Virus record (IMG/VR): IMGVR_UViG_3300025849_000012
Length of the DNA stretch: 64,000 nucleotides
Reading direction: 5' to 3' (one strand)
From: an uncultured virus (IMG/VR IMGVR_UViG_3300025849_000012)
Lineage: Duplodnaviria; Heunggongvirae; Uroviricota; Caudoviricetes
Under the pieces are notes generated by a model. That model did not search any database. It was given only the letters and a program-made list of their open reading frames with translations, and was not told where the DNA came from. Below, piece after piece: positions 10,498-19,897 of this stretch (positions are counted from its first letter, which is position 1; every line of letters begins with the position of its first letter). The position numbers were made by a program, and so were the translations under genes.

Positions 10498-11580
10498 TTA
10501 CTCTGATGTGTCAGCAATTGCTTCGTCAATCACCGCGATGTCATCATCGCGCATAATAGCACCTGATCCACCGATAGTAAATGAGTCTTTAATATATTGA
10601 CCAAAGTTTGTTTCTTCAAACATTTTTAACCAAAACTCTTTATTATCGTTTACTTCTTTAGCTCTCATTAACTTATCAGAAATAACTTCGCCTGTTTCTG
10701 GATTGATTGCTTCATACCAACCAACTTTTGGTTTGTTGAGGTAACCACCTTTTTCAGCAACTTCCATTAGACCTGACCATTTAACAATACCGCCGTCATA
10801 AGATACTGAGATTGGAATTTTTGATTTCTCTTTAACGTGTCGAGATTTCTCAATATTAATAACGAAGTGATAACCTGTAATCTCAGTACCAACCTTTTCT
10901 TGGCGTCGACCGATAATCCAAATGGCGTCAGCAGAGTAATAAATCCCTGTACCGCCAGATACGATAGCCTTTGGAAACAAACCAATCTCTTGGTAAGTAT
11001 GGTTAACCGCAATCAGTGGAATATCTTTAAGATTAAGATGCGGTGTTACAATACGGAATAGAGATTTCAAGGCTTTTGCCCTTGACATATCAGCAACTGA
11101 TTTACCGTCAAGTGCATCCTGTGTTTCTTTCTTTGATGCCAAGTTACCGACTGAGTCAATAACAATAACTACATTATCTTTCTTTTCAATTTTATCAAGC
11201 TGTTGGGAAATATCAAATTTAAGTTGCTCAACATCTGTGATTGGTGTATGTACAACTCTATCCATATCAATACCAAAGCTTTCAAAGTACGCTTGTGGCG
11301 TACCAAACTCTGCATCATAAAACAATAAGATAGCATCTTTATTACGCTTCATATAAGCACCTGCCATTAACAGAGCAAATGCCGATTTAAAGTGTTTTGA
11401 TGGTCCTGCTAATACCAATAGTCCCGGTGATAAACCACCGTCAATTCTTCCTGATAAAGCAACGTTTACCATTGGAACATCTGTCGGCGCCATATCCTTT
11501 TTACCAAAAACTTTTGATTCCATTAATGGCGCGGTCATTTTAATTGTGCTGTTTTTCACTATCTTGTCTAAGAGACTCAT
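10498..11580 (-). CDS. uvsX: RecA-like recombinase UvsX
   Basis: AGPSKHFKS, DSVGNLAS, VNHTY, SGGTG. Confidence 0.95.
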   Translation of the reverse strand: MSLLDKIVKNSTIKMTAPLMESKVFGKKDMAPTDVPMVNVALSGRIDGGLSPGLLVLAGPSKHFKSAFALLMAGAYMKRNKDAILLFYDAEFGTPQAYFESFGIDMDRVVHTPITDVEQLKFDISQQLDKIEKKDNVVIVIDSVGNLASKKETQDALDGKSVADMSRAKALKSLFRIVTPHLNLKDIPLIAVNHTYQEIGLFPKAIVSGGTGIYYSADAIWIIGRRQEKVGTEITGYHFVINIEKSRHVKEKSKIPISVSYDGGIVKWSGLMEVAEKGGYLNKPKVGWYEAINPETGEVISDKLMRAKEVNDNKEFWLKMFEETNFGQYIKDSFTIGGSGAIMRDDDIAVIDEAIADTSE

Positions 11581-11581
11581 A

Positions 11582-11908
11582 TTAGCTACCTTCTACTATT
11601 GATTTCAGTTTACTTTTATAGGCCTCAATTTTGCTTACGCGATCAGGCCAATAAATTGTTGATTTCTCAGAATTCTTACATAAGTTATCCAAGAACGGTG
11701 TTACCGATTTAAATAATAGTTCTAAACGATATTCAAGGTCGTCAGCCGCAAGTTTAGCATCAGTGAGTTGATCCTCAAGTGTTTGCTTCTCGCTGCTGAC
11801 TTTTTGAATGGCGTCTTTGGCTTCTGCTTCTTTTTCCTGAAGCTCTTCATCAATGAAGCTGAAACCAAAGTCAAAGTCTAGAACTTCTTCATAGACTTTA
11901 TTAGCCAT
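11582..11908 (-). CDS. Hypothetical coiled-coil protein
   Basis: DFDFGF N-terminus, IYWPDR; between gp32 and uvsX. Confidence 0.7.
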   Translation of the reverse strand: MANKVYEEVLDFDFGFSFIDEELQEKEAEAKDAIQKVSSEKQTLEDQLTDAKLAADDLEYRLELLFKSVTPFLDNLCKNSEKSTIYWPDRVSKIEAYKSKLKSIVEGS

Positions 11909-12839
11909 TTGCTAGTTCCTTAAAAATAGATAGATCATCGTCGTCATCGTCCATTGACATTCCTTGTGAAGTGCTTGCCGCTGGCATAGCTTCTTTCAAG
12001 GTTGGTTCTGGCGCTGATTTACTCGTATTACCGAAACTACTTAAATCTAAATCATCATCTTCTTCAGCAGTGGATGGTACTGATGCATCCTCACCTAAAG
12101 CAAGTACACGATATAGTTTTTCTTTTAGTTCTGCATACGATTTGAAGTTCTTTGGATCCACTAGTTCTTGTAACTTGTGTTGTTGATTCCAAATACCTTC
12201 GATTACTGAATCGTCTTCTGCAATTGCAGATGGTTGGTCAAATTCAGATTTGTCATAGTTAGGGTATCCTTCAAACTTACGAATTTTCAAACGGAAGTTA
12301 GCGCCTTCCCAGAAATCAAATGGATTTACCGGACGTTCGTCTTCGAATGTTGGGTTCATCAAATCATTTAATTTGTCAAAAATCTTTTTACCAAATTGGT
12401 ACATAAAGACTTTACCATCATTTTGAGGGTTTGCGCTGTCTTTTACGACGAGGATATTAGCCACGTATTTTAATCGACGCTTTTGTTTACGAGCCAAGTC
12501 TTTATCAGACTCAACACCAGAATTCCATAACTTAGAGTTATATTCTGATACTGGATCGTCTTGGCTGATGCTTGTAAGCGAGTTTTCAATATACCATAAT
12601 CCTGTTGGTCCTTGAAAACCGTGGTCCCAGATACGAACGAATGGCATTTCTTCACCTTGCGCTGCTGGCAAGAATCGAATAATAGCAAAACCGTTACCCG
12701 CTTTATCGCGTGTTGGTTTCCACATTTTACCTTCGTTGGGATCTGCGTAGCTCTTTGTTTGAATTTTTTCGAGCTGTGAGTTCAATTTGTTTAGAGAAGC
12801 TGAACGATTCTTCTTAAGTGCGTTGAAATCCATTGTCAT
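11901..12839 (-). CDS. 32: Single-stranded DNA-binding protein gp32
   Basis: IRFLP, HGFQ, WYIENS, GKKIFDK, NYDKSEF, acidic tail. Confidence 0.95.
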   Translation of the reverse strand: MTMDFNALKKNRSASLNKLNSQLEKIQTKSYADPNEGKMWKPTRDKAGNGFAIIRFLPAAQGEEMPFVRIWDHGFQGPTGLWYIENSLTSISQDDPVSEYNSKLWNSGVESDKDLARKQKRRLKYVANILVVKDSANPQNDGKVFMYQFGKKIFDKLNDLMNPTFEDERPVNPFDFWEGANFRLKIRKFEGYPNYDKSEFDQPSAIAEDDSVIEGIWNQQHKLQELVDPKNFKSYAELKEKLYRVLALGEDASVPSTAEEDDDLDLSSFGNTSKSAPEPTLKEAMPAASTSQGMSMDDDDDDLSIFKELANG

Positions 12840-12921
12840 GGTTGTATCTCCTAATTTTGCTGTGTATAGCGTTTGTTTATATTGCGATGTATTTGTCGGT
12901 TAAGCCGACCATCTATTTATA

Positions 12922-13524
12922 TTAGAAAAAGTATTCACGTATGATATTTTTAAACTTTTTCTGTTCAATTTCCAAGAAAGGGTAATATTTCTTAGATAGT
13001 CTTATTATATCACTTGCTACGATTTTGTCAACTACTTTTTGGTCCCAATACGAAAAAATATTTGCGCAATGAGTTAGTATCGTAAATGTCTCAAGTGTTA
13101 TTTGTCGTTGAATATAGAGAGTCATAATAGCTGGATGCTGCCCTTGGACAGACACAAAGTTATCTTGGTATTCGTCTCTAAGTTTACTAAGATCGTCCTT
13201 AACGACGCGTGATAATGAATCCCGTTTCTTGGTCCATTCCACATAACGATCCTCGCCTTGTTGCTCAACGATTTCTCTGATCCATGCATTTGGTTTGACT
13301 ATCATATTAGCCATTAACAATTTCTCAGGGTCCTCTTTTTGAGCGAGTTTGTGAAAAAAGAAAACGTCGTTTCGAGTACGATATGTCTCAAACTTAGCTC
13401 TAATTTTTCCTCTGTACTTATGATAATCGTAACCGTCAGTAGTAAAATGCTTTTTCATTGCAAGATATTTTACGTAACAATTAAACGATTCTTCATTAGC
13501 AAAGCTCTGTGATGTCTTTATCAT
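12922..13524 (-). CDS. 59: Helicase loader gp59
   Basis: YLAMKKHF..YDYHKYRGK, ITLET; synteny with gp32 and gp33. Confidence 0.9.
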   Translation of the reverse strand: MIKTSQSFANEESFNCYVKYLAMKKHFTTDGYDYHKYRGKIRAKFETYRTRNDVFFFHKLAQKEDPEKLLMANMIVKPNAWIREIVEQQGEDRYVEWTKKRDSLSRVVKDDLSKLRDEYQDNFVSVQGQHPAIMTLYIQRQITLETFTILTHCANIFSYWDQKVVDKIVASDIIRLSKKYYPFLEIEQKKFKNIIREYFF

Positions 13525-13762
13525 CTTTTATCACCATTTTCATTTTCACCGCCTCTGTCCTTACCTTTTCTTTAAGGATAGTAGACTTTTTGACTATATC
13601 GGCAACTGCCTCTATTTCCAAACCATTTAGACGCGCATACTCAACGAGCGCATCAATATAATTAACCCCATTTGATAACATACTTGATATATCATGGTGT
13701 ACCTTTTCAGGTGTACGTGGGTTAATAACTTTTTCTGTAGTAATATTTTTATCCTTATCCAT
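13496..13762 (-). CDS. 33: Late transcription coactivator gp33
   Basis: YIDALVEY...LKEKVRTEA; synteny. Confidence 0.85.
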   Translation of the reverse strand: MDKDKNITTEKVINPRTPEKVHHDISSMLSNGVNYIDALVEYARLNGLEIEAVADIVKKSTILKEKVRTEAVKMKMVIKDDKDITELC

Positions 13763-14102
13763 TTAAAGATTTAACTCCATTGAGCCAGTTTTCAGCAGCG
13801 CTTTCTGCCCAATGAATTGACTTACCTTCATATACTTCTTCCTGAATAAATTCTTCATTAATAAAAAACCTGCAGCCACTACCGTCTGATGTTGTAAAGT
13901 ATTCAGCTTTAAGTGTCTTGCCTGCTTTTTCCATTATAATAGTGTCGCCTGCCATTTTACTTTCCTTAATATTTGAAGTTGATTTCATTGAGCCGCAGTT
14001 TGAGCAATATGCGACGGTTACCTTAAAATGATAACCGCCTATTTCTATATACTCATAACCTTGATTTATATTAACTATATCACAACAACCATAGAGTGTC
14101 AA
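13755..14102 (-). CDS. Hypothetical protein (strong internal RBS suggests a start at 13955)
   Basis: ORF track; AAGGAAAG before ATG 13955; upstream part has CC and CxxC. Confidence 0.5.
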   Translation of the reverse strand: MTLYGCCDIVNINQGYEYIEIGGYHFKVTVAYCSNCGSMKSTSNIKESKMAGDTIIMEKAGKTLKAEYFTTSDGSGCRFFINEEFIQEEVYEGKSIHWAESAAENWLNGVKSLNG

Positions 14103-14788
14103 CCGTTAATCTCCGCAAAAAGAACATTATTTACATAATCGTCTTTGTCTTCTTCAGTAATGCCCATAGCAAGTATTGACCGATGAAGGTGCGGATTTTT
14201 CTTTTGGTTAACACAATATTTGTTTAATAGAGGTGATGTATCTCTTTCTGACTGATATGCCATATCGTCTATGTTGTCTAAGTAATAATCAACAAGGTCA
14301 GATGTTACCTCAATGAATTGGTCAAGTTCTTTATCAGTATTGATATTACCAACAGCAATCATTGATTCTGAGAATATTTCTTTTGCCCAATCAGGTAGTT
14401 CTCTTGGTTTATTCCATTCCAAGTCTTTAACCTTATTAGCCATATAAGAACTATATGGATGTTCAACACCGCGCAGTGGAGAAAAATCCATAAACGAACC
14501 AGTAATCTTTTTTGGACCAGCAACAATATCAAACCCTAAGATTGGTAATTCTAAACCAGCCTTAGGGAATACATTAACATGCATTAACCAAAGTCCTTTG
14601 CCATCGGCAGGTACAATAGTTTTTAAATGTGCTTTATCTACTTGGTCTGAGTGCCAGAACCTGTCGTCCCAATCCTTAAAGTATAGATCAGTCATGGCAG
14701 GTTCATCGTATTCAGTAAAATTGTCTTGGAACTTGCCGCGTATATGCGCAGCGTAATCGTTCAATCTATCCCATAATAGGTGTGTCAT
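14099..14788 (-). CDS. pcyX: Ferredoxin-dependent bilin reductase (PcyX/PcyA-like)
   Basis: MHVNVFP, LPILGFDIVAG, DFSP, RELPDWA.IFS, QKKNPH; near a heme oxygenase. Confidence 0.8.
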   Translation of the reverse strand: MTHLLWDRLNDYAAHIRGKFQDNFTEYDEPAMTDLYFKDWDDRFWHSDQVDKAHLKTIVPADGKGLWLMHVNVFPKAGLELPILGFDIVAGPKKITGSFMDFSPLRGVEHPYSSYMANKVKDLEWNKPRELPDWAKEIFSESMIAVGNINTDKELDQFIEVTSDLVDYYLDNIDDMAYQSERDTSPLLNKYCVNQKKNPHLHRSILAMGITEEDKDDYVNNVLFAEING

Positions 14789-14952
14789 CTATTTTTTCGT
14801 AGCCTTCGGAGTTTTGCAAATTCATTTAGCATTCGTGTTTCTCTAATTGTTTTAAGTAAACCCCTTCGTTTACGAGCAGTTTTACTTTTAGACATGCGTT
14901 CTGCACGAGCCTTTGGTTTAAGGTTAACTGTATCTAATACGTCATCTTGCAT
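14785..14952 (-). CDS. Small basic hypothetical protein
   Basis: AAGGAG RBS before ATG 14952; K/R-rich. Confidence 0.55.
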   Translation of the reverse strand: MQDDVLDTVNLKPKARAERMSKSKTARKRRGLLKTIRETRMLNEFAKLRRLRKNR

Positions 14953-14962
14953 TTTACTCTCC

Positions 14963-15772
14963 TTATATGTTTTGTGCGACCATTTTGTCACGGTACTTAA
15001 TATTGGGTTGAACTCTAATACCGACCTTTGATTGTACCATTCCATTAGCGGTTTTAATAGGTAAAGCTTTATTGTTCAGCTTTATATGCTGTGGAAATAA
15101 TCTACCAAGTTCATTAGAAGCATTTTCAATTAGCTCAGCATCTCTAATATCAGACATACCACCGGCATGACCAGGTTTTTTAGTTTTAACCATCCATTTA
15201 GAAACGTTAGCAACATCATAGCCTGCATCAATTGTCGATAGAAACGCAACGATATCTTCTGAGTATGGTAATAGATCATAACGTAATGTATCGGCGTCAA
15301 GTGTTTTAAGATTTAAAAATGAATTTGTAAATGCCCAAGAGTTTAAGTTATAAGGCCACGCAGTTTTTCCTTTTGGAAATATCTGAGGTCGTAAAACCGC
15401 ATAGGGATATTTGTCAATTAAATCAGAACAATATTCCATGCATTCATAAAACTCTTGCTCGTTTGCACGTTCTTTATAAACCTTAATAATATCTTTTTCT
15501 TCATTGAGATAAGCGCAATGGAGAGAACAATCGTCGTCAACCATCCATATCTTTTCGTTTGCAAAATGTCTGCAGATAGCATCTCTTTTATCGCTAATGC
15601 CCTTGAGATTATCAAAAGCAAGAACGTTATATTTGTCTTCGTATTTTTTGTACTTTTCATACTGCTCACCCGATCGTACTGCAATGTAAACATTCTTTGA
15701 GTACGAATCGGGAACCATTTCGAGACTACGAACAGACTCAGATCTGTTGTGACTCGGTATCACAATTTTCAT
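14963..15772 (-). CDS. Beta-glucosyl-HMC-alpha-glucosyltransferase-like DNA glycosyltransferase (T2/T6 type)
   Basis: IPSHNR, GI..KR.AI, IWMVDDD, FTN, SED..AFL, GGMS.IR match my recollection of the T-even enzyme along its length. Confidence 0.75.
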   Translation of the reverse strand: MKIVIPSHNRSESVRSLEMVPDSYSKNVYIAVRSGEQYEKYKKYEDKYNVLAFDNLKGISDKRDAICRHFANEKIWMVDDDCSLHCAYLNEEKDIIKVYKERANEQEFYECMEYCSDLIDKYPYAVLRPQIFPKGKTAWPYNLNSWAFTNSFLNLKTLDADTLRYDLLPYSEDIVAFLSTIDAGYDVANVSKWMVKTKKPGHAGGMSDIRDAELIENASNELGRLFPQHIKLNNKALPIKTANGMVQSKVGIRVQPNIKYRDKMVAQNI

Positions 15773-15863
15773 TTTTTCTCCTATTCCAAAAATGCTTTCG
15801 CGTAACGAATTACTTTTTGATTTATATTAGTATTTTATAACAAATAGCTAAGAATGTCAATAG

Positions 15864-16406
15864 TTATTTTGATAATTCGTCAAATAATTCTGATGCGAAA
15901 TCAAAGCATTTCTTAGCTTCGTCTTCCATTCCGTCATGTAATAGTTTTCTAAATTCTTCAATGAGTACTTTAGTATCACCTTCAAATTCATACATAATAC
16001 CTTTTCCAGGTGTTTTAGCTTTAATGATTTGTCCACCATGCAGTTCACCAAAATGCCTTACATACATATGAGCTAATAAGCTATCATTATCGTCTGCATC
16101 AGCCAATCCTTGCATGTGTGTCATACATCTGCTAACTGATTCTGGATAACTATCAATATCGTCAAATCCATAAATTTCTGATAACTCATCCATATCCTGA
16201 AGGATACGCGGAGCTCTATAGATTGCGGTAAGATTTGGTGGAATAATTACAATGTCTTCTAATAGTCTGTATACTAAGTACTGACAATTCAAAAACTTGT
16301 AATATACGAATGGGTCTATGCCACCACTAATTAATTGCTTAGCAAATTTTCTACGTTCAGCTGCTTGGTGATGTGCCCATGTGAGTTGCTTCAGTTTATT
16401 AGTCAT
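15864..16406 (-). CDS. hemO: Heme oxygenase
   Basis: LKQLT..HH.AAE, AHMYVRHFGELHGGQII, EAKKCF. Confidence 0.9.
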   Translation of the reverse strand: MTNKLKQLTWAHHQAAERRKFAKQLISGGIDPFVYYKFLNCQYLVYRLLEDIVIIPPNLTAIYRAPRILQDMDELSEIYGFDDIDSYPESVSRCMTHMQGLADADDNDSLLAHMYVRHFGELHGGQIIKAKTPGKGIMYEFEGDTKVLIEEFRKLLHDGMEDEAKKCFDFASELFDELSK

Positions 16407-16450
16407 AATATATTGCCCTCTGTTTATGGTGTACCTTTTATTTATAACGA

Positions 16451-16477
16451 AAAAAGGGAAGCGATTTGCCTCCCCTT
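16451..16477 (-). terminator. Intrinsic terminator after the outer-membrane protein gene
   Basis: AAGGGGAGGC..GCTTCCCTT hairpin followed by a T run. Confidence 0.65.
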
Positions 16478-16502
16478 AATCTCATAATGTATGCATTCTA
16501 AC

Positions 16503-16874
16503 TTAGAATTTAAACGATGCGCCCATTTTTACGTCGCCAAATTCCATGTCTGAGTTAGTAGCTACTTCCCCATAGACGTTCAGGTTGTCTGTGAGTACAT
16601 ATTTGCTGCTAAATTCTAAACCGGTAAATGTTCCATCTACGCCTTTATCGTCTAAGTTTAGGATGTTCATTGGTGCTTCCACCTTTAGTCCAAAACCCAT
16701 TACATCTGCGCCTAAGTATGGAGTGAAATCCAATGCCCAAGTTTCTACACCTGTTGTATAGTTCATATCAGCTTCTGCGCCAAAATTAATTGATTGACCA
16801 GCTACTGCGATTTCTTCTGCTTGCGCTGTTCCAGCTAGCAATACTGCCGCTGCGATTGTTGTTGCGAATTTCAT
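16503..16874 (-). CDS. Small outer-membrane beta-barrel-like protein
   Basis: Sec signal peptide (..AQA), amphipathic strands, C-terminal GASFKF beta-signal. Confidence 0.65.
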   Translation of the reverse strand: MKFATTIAAAVLLAGTAQAEEIAVAGQSINFGAEADMNYTTGVETWALDFTPYLGADVMGFGLKVEAPMNILNLDDKGVDGTFTGLEFSSKYVLTDNLNVYGEVATNSDMEFGDVKMGASFKF

Positions 16875-16904
16875 TTTATTACCCTTTTTATTGTTTAATG
16901 AATA

Positions 16905-17246
16905 TCACTTTTCTGTTGCTAGGTAAGTGACCAACCCCCTGCGATTATGCCGCTAAGGCCAATCCAGATGGTTTATAATTGTTATTTGCAATTATTAAAT
17001 TCGATCTATACGCGATCACCCGATGAACTCCATTAAGCTATTCCGTCCGTCGATCCTTGTTCTGCCCCATCAAAAACATACCTAACTTAGGTTTATAGAC
17101 CAGGAATACACCTTTGTACGCCGTTTGTGCACAACTTAGTACCAAGTCATCGAGCTGACTGATCAGGGCCATTAGATATGTTTATGGTGGAGCAGGTGGG
17201 TACTGCCCCCACGTCCGATCCGTATTCACGTCATTTCAACGTTCAC
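16905..17246 (-). ncRNA. ssrA: Circularly permuted two-piece tmRNA (alphaproteobacterial type)
   Basis: Acceptor piece ends CCUGCUCCACCA at 17185; coding piece starts GGGGCAG at 17068; 7-bp acceptor stem with G3:U70; T-arm GUGGG-GGCAGUA-CCCAC; tag frame 16989-16945 = ANNNYKPSGLALAA*; TTGACA at 17275-17280. Outer ends approximate. Confidence 0.92.
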
Positions 17247-17337
17247 TAATTATATATATCACATTTAGAGAAAATGTCAATAAATTTAAATACTAATTAA
17301 AATACTGTAACTATTTTGTAACAGTCATTATAACTAT

Positions 17338-17367
17338 TATTATTTTATAGTAGATAAATCTATTATA
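17338..17367. repeat. 30 bp element identical to 49486-49515
   Basis: TATTATTTTATAGTAGATAAATCTATTATA; internal inverted repeat; overlaps a minus-strand -10 box. Confidence 0.85.
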
Positions 17368-17406
17368 TCCTATTTTAAAATATTGTCAATAGATATAAAT
17401 AAGTTT

Positions 17407-17838
17407 ATGATAAAATTTTATATTACTGGTACTAGGCGAGGTCTAGGTAAAACACTGAAACAAAAATATGGTATCGTATCATCTTTAGAGGAATGCGATG
17501 TATTCATTAATTGTAAACACGATGGCTTTGAACAAGTTAAGTTATTATACGAAGCAGCCAAACTTGGCAAACGTATTATTAATATAGGTTCTAATTCACC
17601 GGATCAATCAAAATATTACCCACATATGTATCAAGTTGAAAAGGCAGCGCTTGATAAAGCGAATGACCAGTTATTTTATCAAGGCACAGAAACAACTATC
17701 GTACGGTTTGGTTATTTTGATTCACCTCGTGTTGCAGAGGTAAAAGATAAAAAGATGAGTATAGAATATTGTTGTGAAGTAATTGAGTGGGTGTTAGAGC
17801 AGCCACATAGAGTAAAGGAAATAACGGTATGTCCATAA
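17407..17838 (+). CDS. Minimal short-chain dehydrogenase/Rossmann protein
   Basis: ITGTRRGLG, FINC, IINIGS, YQVEK (YxxxK); late promoter at 17394. Confidence 0.7.
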   Translation: MIKFYITGTRRGLGKTLKQKYGIVSSLEECDVFINCKHDGFEQVKLLYEAAKLGKRIINIGSNSPDQSKYYPHMYQVEKAALDKANDQLFYQGTETTIVRFGYFDSPRVAEVKDKKMSIEYCCEVIEWVLEQPHRVKEITVCP

Positions 17839-18266
17839 ACATAGAACATATATTATTAGAGTTAGAAAGTTTACCAAAATATGATACACAGCTTTCATTA
17901 CAGGTGACAGCTGATGGTTCTAGTGGTGAAGGGCAGTTAGCAAAATTAGATTATAAAGAGGAAGACTTTAATGTGTTTGCTTACGATATACCATATACTA
18001 ATTCTGTATTATCTGAATTGGGAATGTATAGATCTCGACTTATGAATATGAAACCAAAAACTTGTTATTCATATCATTGGGATCCAACTAAACGAATGCA
18101 TATACCATTACTTACTAATGAAAATAACTTTTTTATTATAGACGATGAAATAAGTAGGTACCCTGCAGACGGATCGCATTACCTTATAGACACTACTAAG
18201 AAACATACTTTTGTCAATGCTTCTTTTGAGAGTAGGCTTCATATTGTAGGCTGTGTAGATGCGTAA
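17829..18266 (+). CDS. Asp/Asn beta-hydroxylase-like 2OG-Fe(II) oxygenase
   Basis: HWD, RMHIPL, H.FVN, RLHIV. Confidence 0.75.
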   Translation: MSINIEHILLELESLPKYDTQLSLQVTADGSSGEGQLAKLDYKEEDFNVFAYDIPYTNSVLSELGMYRSRLMNMKPKTCYSYHWDPTKRMHIPLLTNENNFFIIDDEISRYPADGSHYLIDTTKKHTFVNASFESRLHIVGCVDA

Positions 18267-18756
18267 TATCTCCAGTATAGAAAATGCTTTGATAGTTATC
18301 CTTATACATTAGTTCTATCATTTCTGGATATACTTCCCAGTCTTTAAATATATCAGGTCTGCCACGTTTTAATCTTTTAAAGAAACCTTTACTCTTATCT
18401 CTTGTCCATATAACAAGAGGAAAGTCAGATAAGGTATCGAGTGTATATTTTAATTCAGCAAAGTTGTCAGTCTTTTCAAGCGGATTAGTGCCATCAGTCC
18501 TATATTCATTAAACATATAATACCTACTAAATACTCTAACGGCATTACTGGTGCATATCTGAGTACCAGAACACTGTACTAGGCTATCGCCATCATATGT
18601 GAATGTAAAGTTGTACATCTTATCAAGGTTTAATTTATCACCCGTGTAATTATTAGATAGCCTATCGTTTAAACTGTCGAGATGTAATTGTTCAAATTCG
18701 TATGACCAATCGCCAGGTTGTACTTCACCTTTTAAAATATATGGAACTATTCTCAC
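18214..18756 (-). CDS. Hypothetical protein, possibly GNAT fold
   Basis: RVFSRYY..EYR segment; last gene of the minus-strand operon. Confidence 0.4.
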   Translation of the reverse strand: MRIVPYILKGEVQPGDWSYEFEQLHLDSLNDRLSNNYTGDKLNLDKMYNFTFTYDGDSLVQCSGTQICTSNAVRVFSRYYMFNEYRTDGTNPLEKTDNFAELKYTLDTLSDFPLVIWTRDKSKGFFKRLKRGRPDIFKDWEVYPEMIELMYKDNYQSIFYTGDITHLHSLQYEAYSQKKH

Positions 18757-19235
18757 GCTTCAACACCTAATATTAATAAATCGCCATTGCCTTCAACACT
18801 ATGATAGTATTCTGAATTTTTTATAAACATAATACTATTGTCTTTTACGATAATCTTTTCTAGTTTTTCTTTTGTTTCTATATCATGTAAAAATATATTA
18901 TGATAACCAGATAAAGATATACATAGGGATCCTCTATGCTGAGCCTTATCGTCAATATGAATTGGGCATTTTGGAAATGACTCATCGTACCGCCATATGC
19001 AAGTATAGCCATGATCGTATATTGTATTTAAACCTGTAATACTTTTTATTTGCTCTTTAATATTAATTAACTCATCTGCTGCATAAAACGTCCACGTATT
19101 TGAATCTAAAGTTATACTAGATGTTCTTTGCCATATCTGCTTATCGTCGGGTTTTCCAGTTAATTTAACATCACACATATCAGTGATTAACTTTTTTAGA
19201 TTATCAGATATAGTATATGATGTTTGCCAAGTCAT
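18753..19235 (-). CDS. 2OG-Fe(II) oxygenase-like protein
   Basis: HID ... YYHSV. Confidence 0.65.
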   Translation of the reverse strand: MTWQTSYTISDNLKKLITDMCDVKLTGKPDDKQIWQRTSSITLDSNTWTFYAADELINIKEQIKSITGLNTIYDHGYTCIWRYDESFPKCPIHIDDKAQHRGSLCISLSGYHNIFLHDIETKEKLEKIIVKDNSIMFIKNSEYYHSVEGNGDLLILGVEA

Positions 19236-19897
19236 AATATAGACTCAACTCTTTCTTTAAATGATTTAAAATCAATTGGTGGTATATTATTCCATCTTGT
19301 AACAAACGCGCATCGAGGTGCTTCTGTAATAATTACTCTATGCATTACCTCTGTATCAATAAGACAAGGCTTATCAATAATGATTTCACCAATCTTACGA
19401 TCAGCTAAAAACTTTTCAAACTCTGGTGTACCTTGACCCATTTGACTCTGCGCTTTAAATTCGTGGTAATAATAATATCCTTGAGCATTCTTTTCAGGCA
19501 AACATATTTCATCTTCCAATGTTTCAAAATAATCTAAACGACTTGCGCCTAATACGGGATATATGATATTATATCCTTGGCTATGTTCTCTATTCTGATC
19601 TATGTCAGTGTGAGGAAATACATCTTTCTCTGTGCTATCAGCCGTGTTAAAACCAGTTGATCTAAATTGATAATGAGGATGTACCTTTCTGTGTTGAGAT
19701 AAAATAGGATCGTATATGGCTTCATAGCCAGTATCTTCACCTGTCATATTAAACTCTAGTGAATAACTTTCAAAAGGTGTCTTACCAAATACATTAAAGT
19801 CTTCACCAGCCCTTGCTCCTTTTACCTTTTCATATAGGTCAAGTAATAATTCGTGCTGAGGATCAACGTCTACATACTCTGCAATCCCTGGTATCAT
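19232..19897 (-). CDS. 2OG-Fe(II) oxygenase-like protein
   Basis: PHTD, NIIYP, MHRV, PR. Confidence 0.6.
   Translation of the reverse strand: MIPGIAEYVDVDPQHELLLDLYEKVKGARAGEDFNVFGKTPFESYSLEFNMTGEDTGYEAIYDPILSQHRKVHPHYQFRSTGFNTADSTEKDVFPHTDIDQNREHSQGYNIIYPVLGASRLDYFETLEDEICLPEKNAQGYYYYHEFKAQSQMGQGTPEFEKFLADRKIGEIIIDKPCLIDTEVMHRVIITEAPRCAFVTRWNNIPPIDFKSFKERVESIL

Noticed and set aside
14099..14788. Cyanophage identity based on bilin genes
   Set aside because: No psbA/hli/cpeT in the window, and the tmRNA T-loop, 3' motif and GANTC promoters point to Alphaproteobacteria
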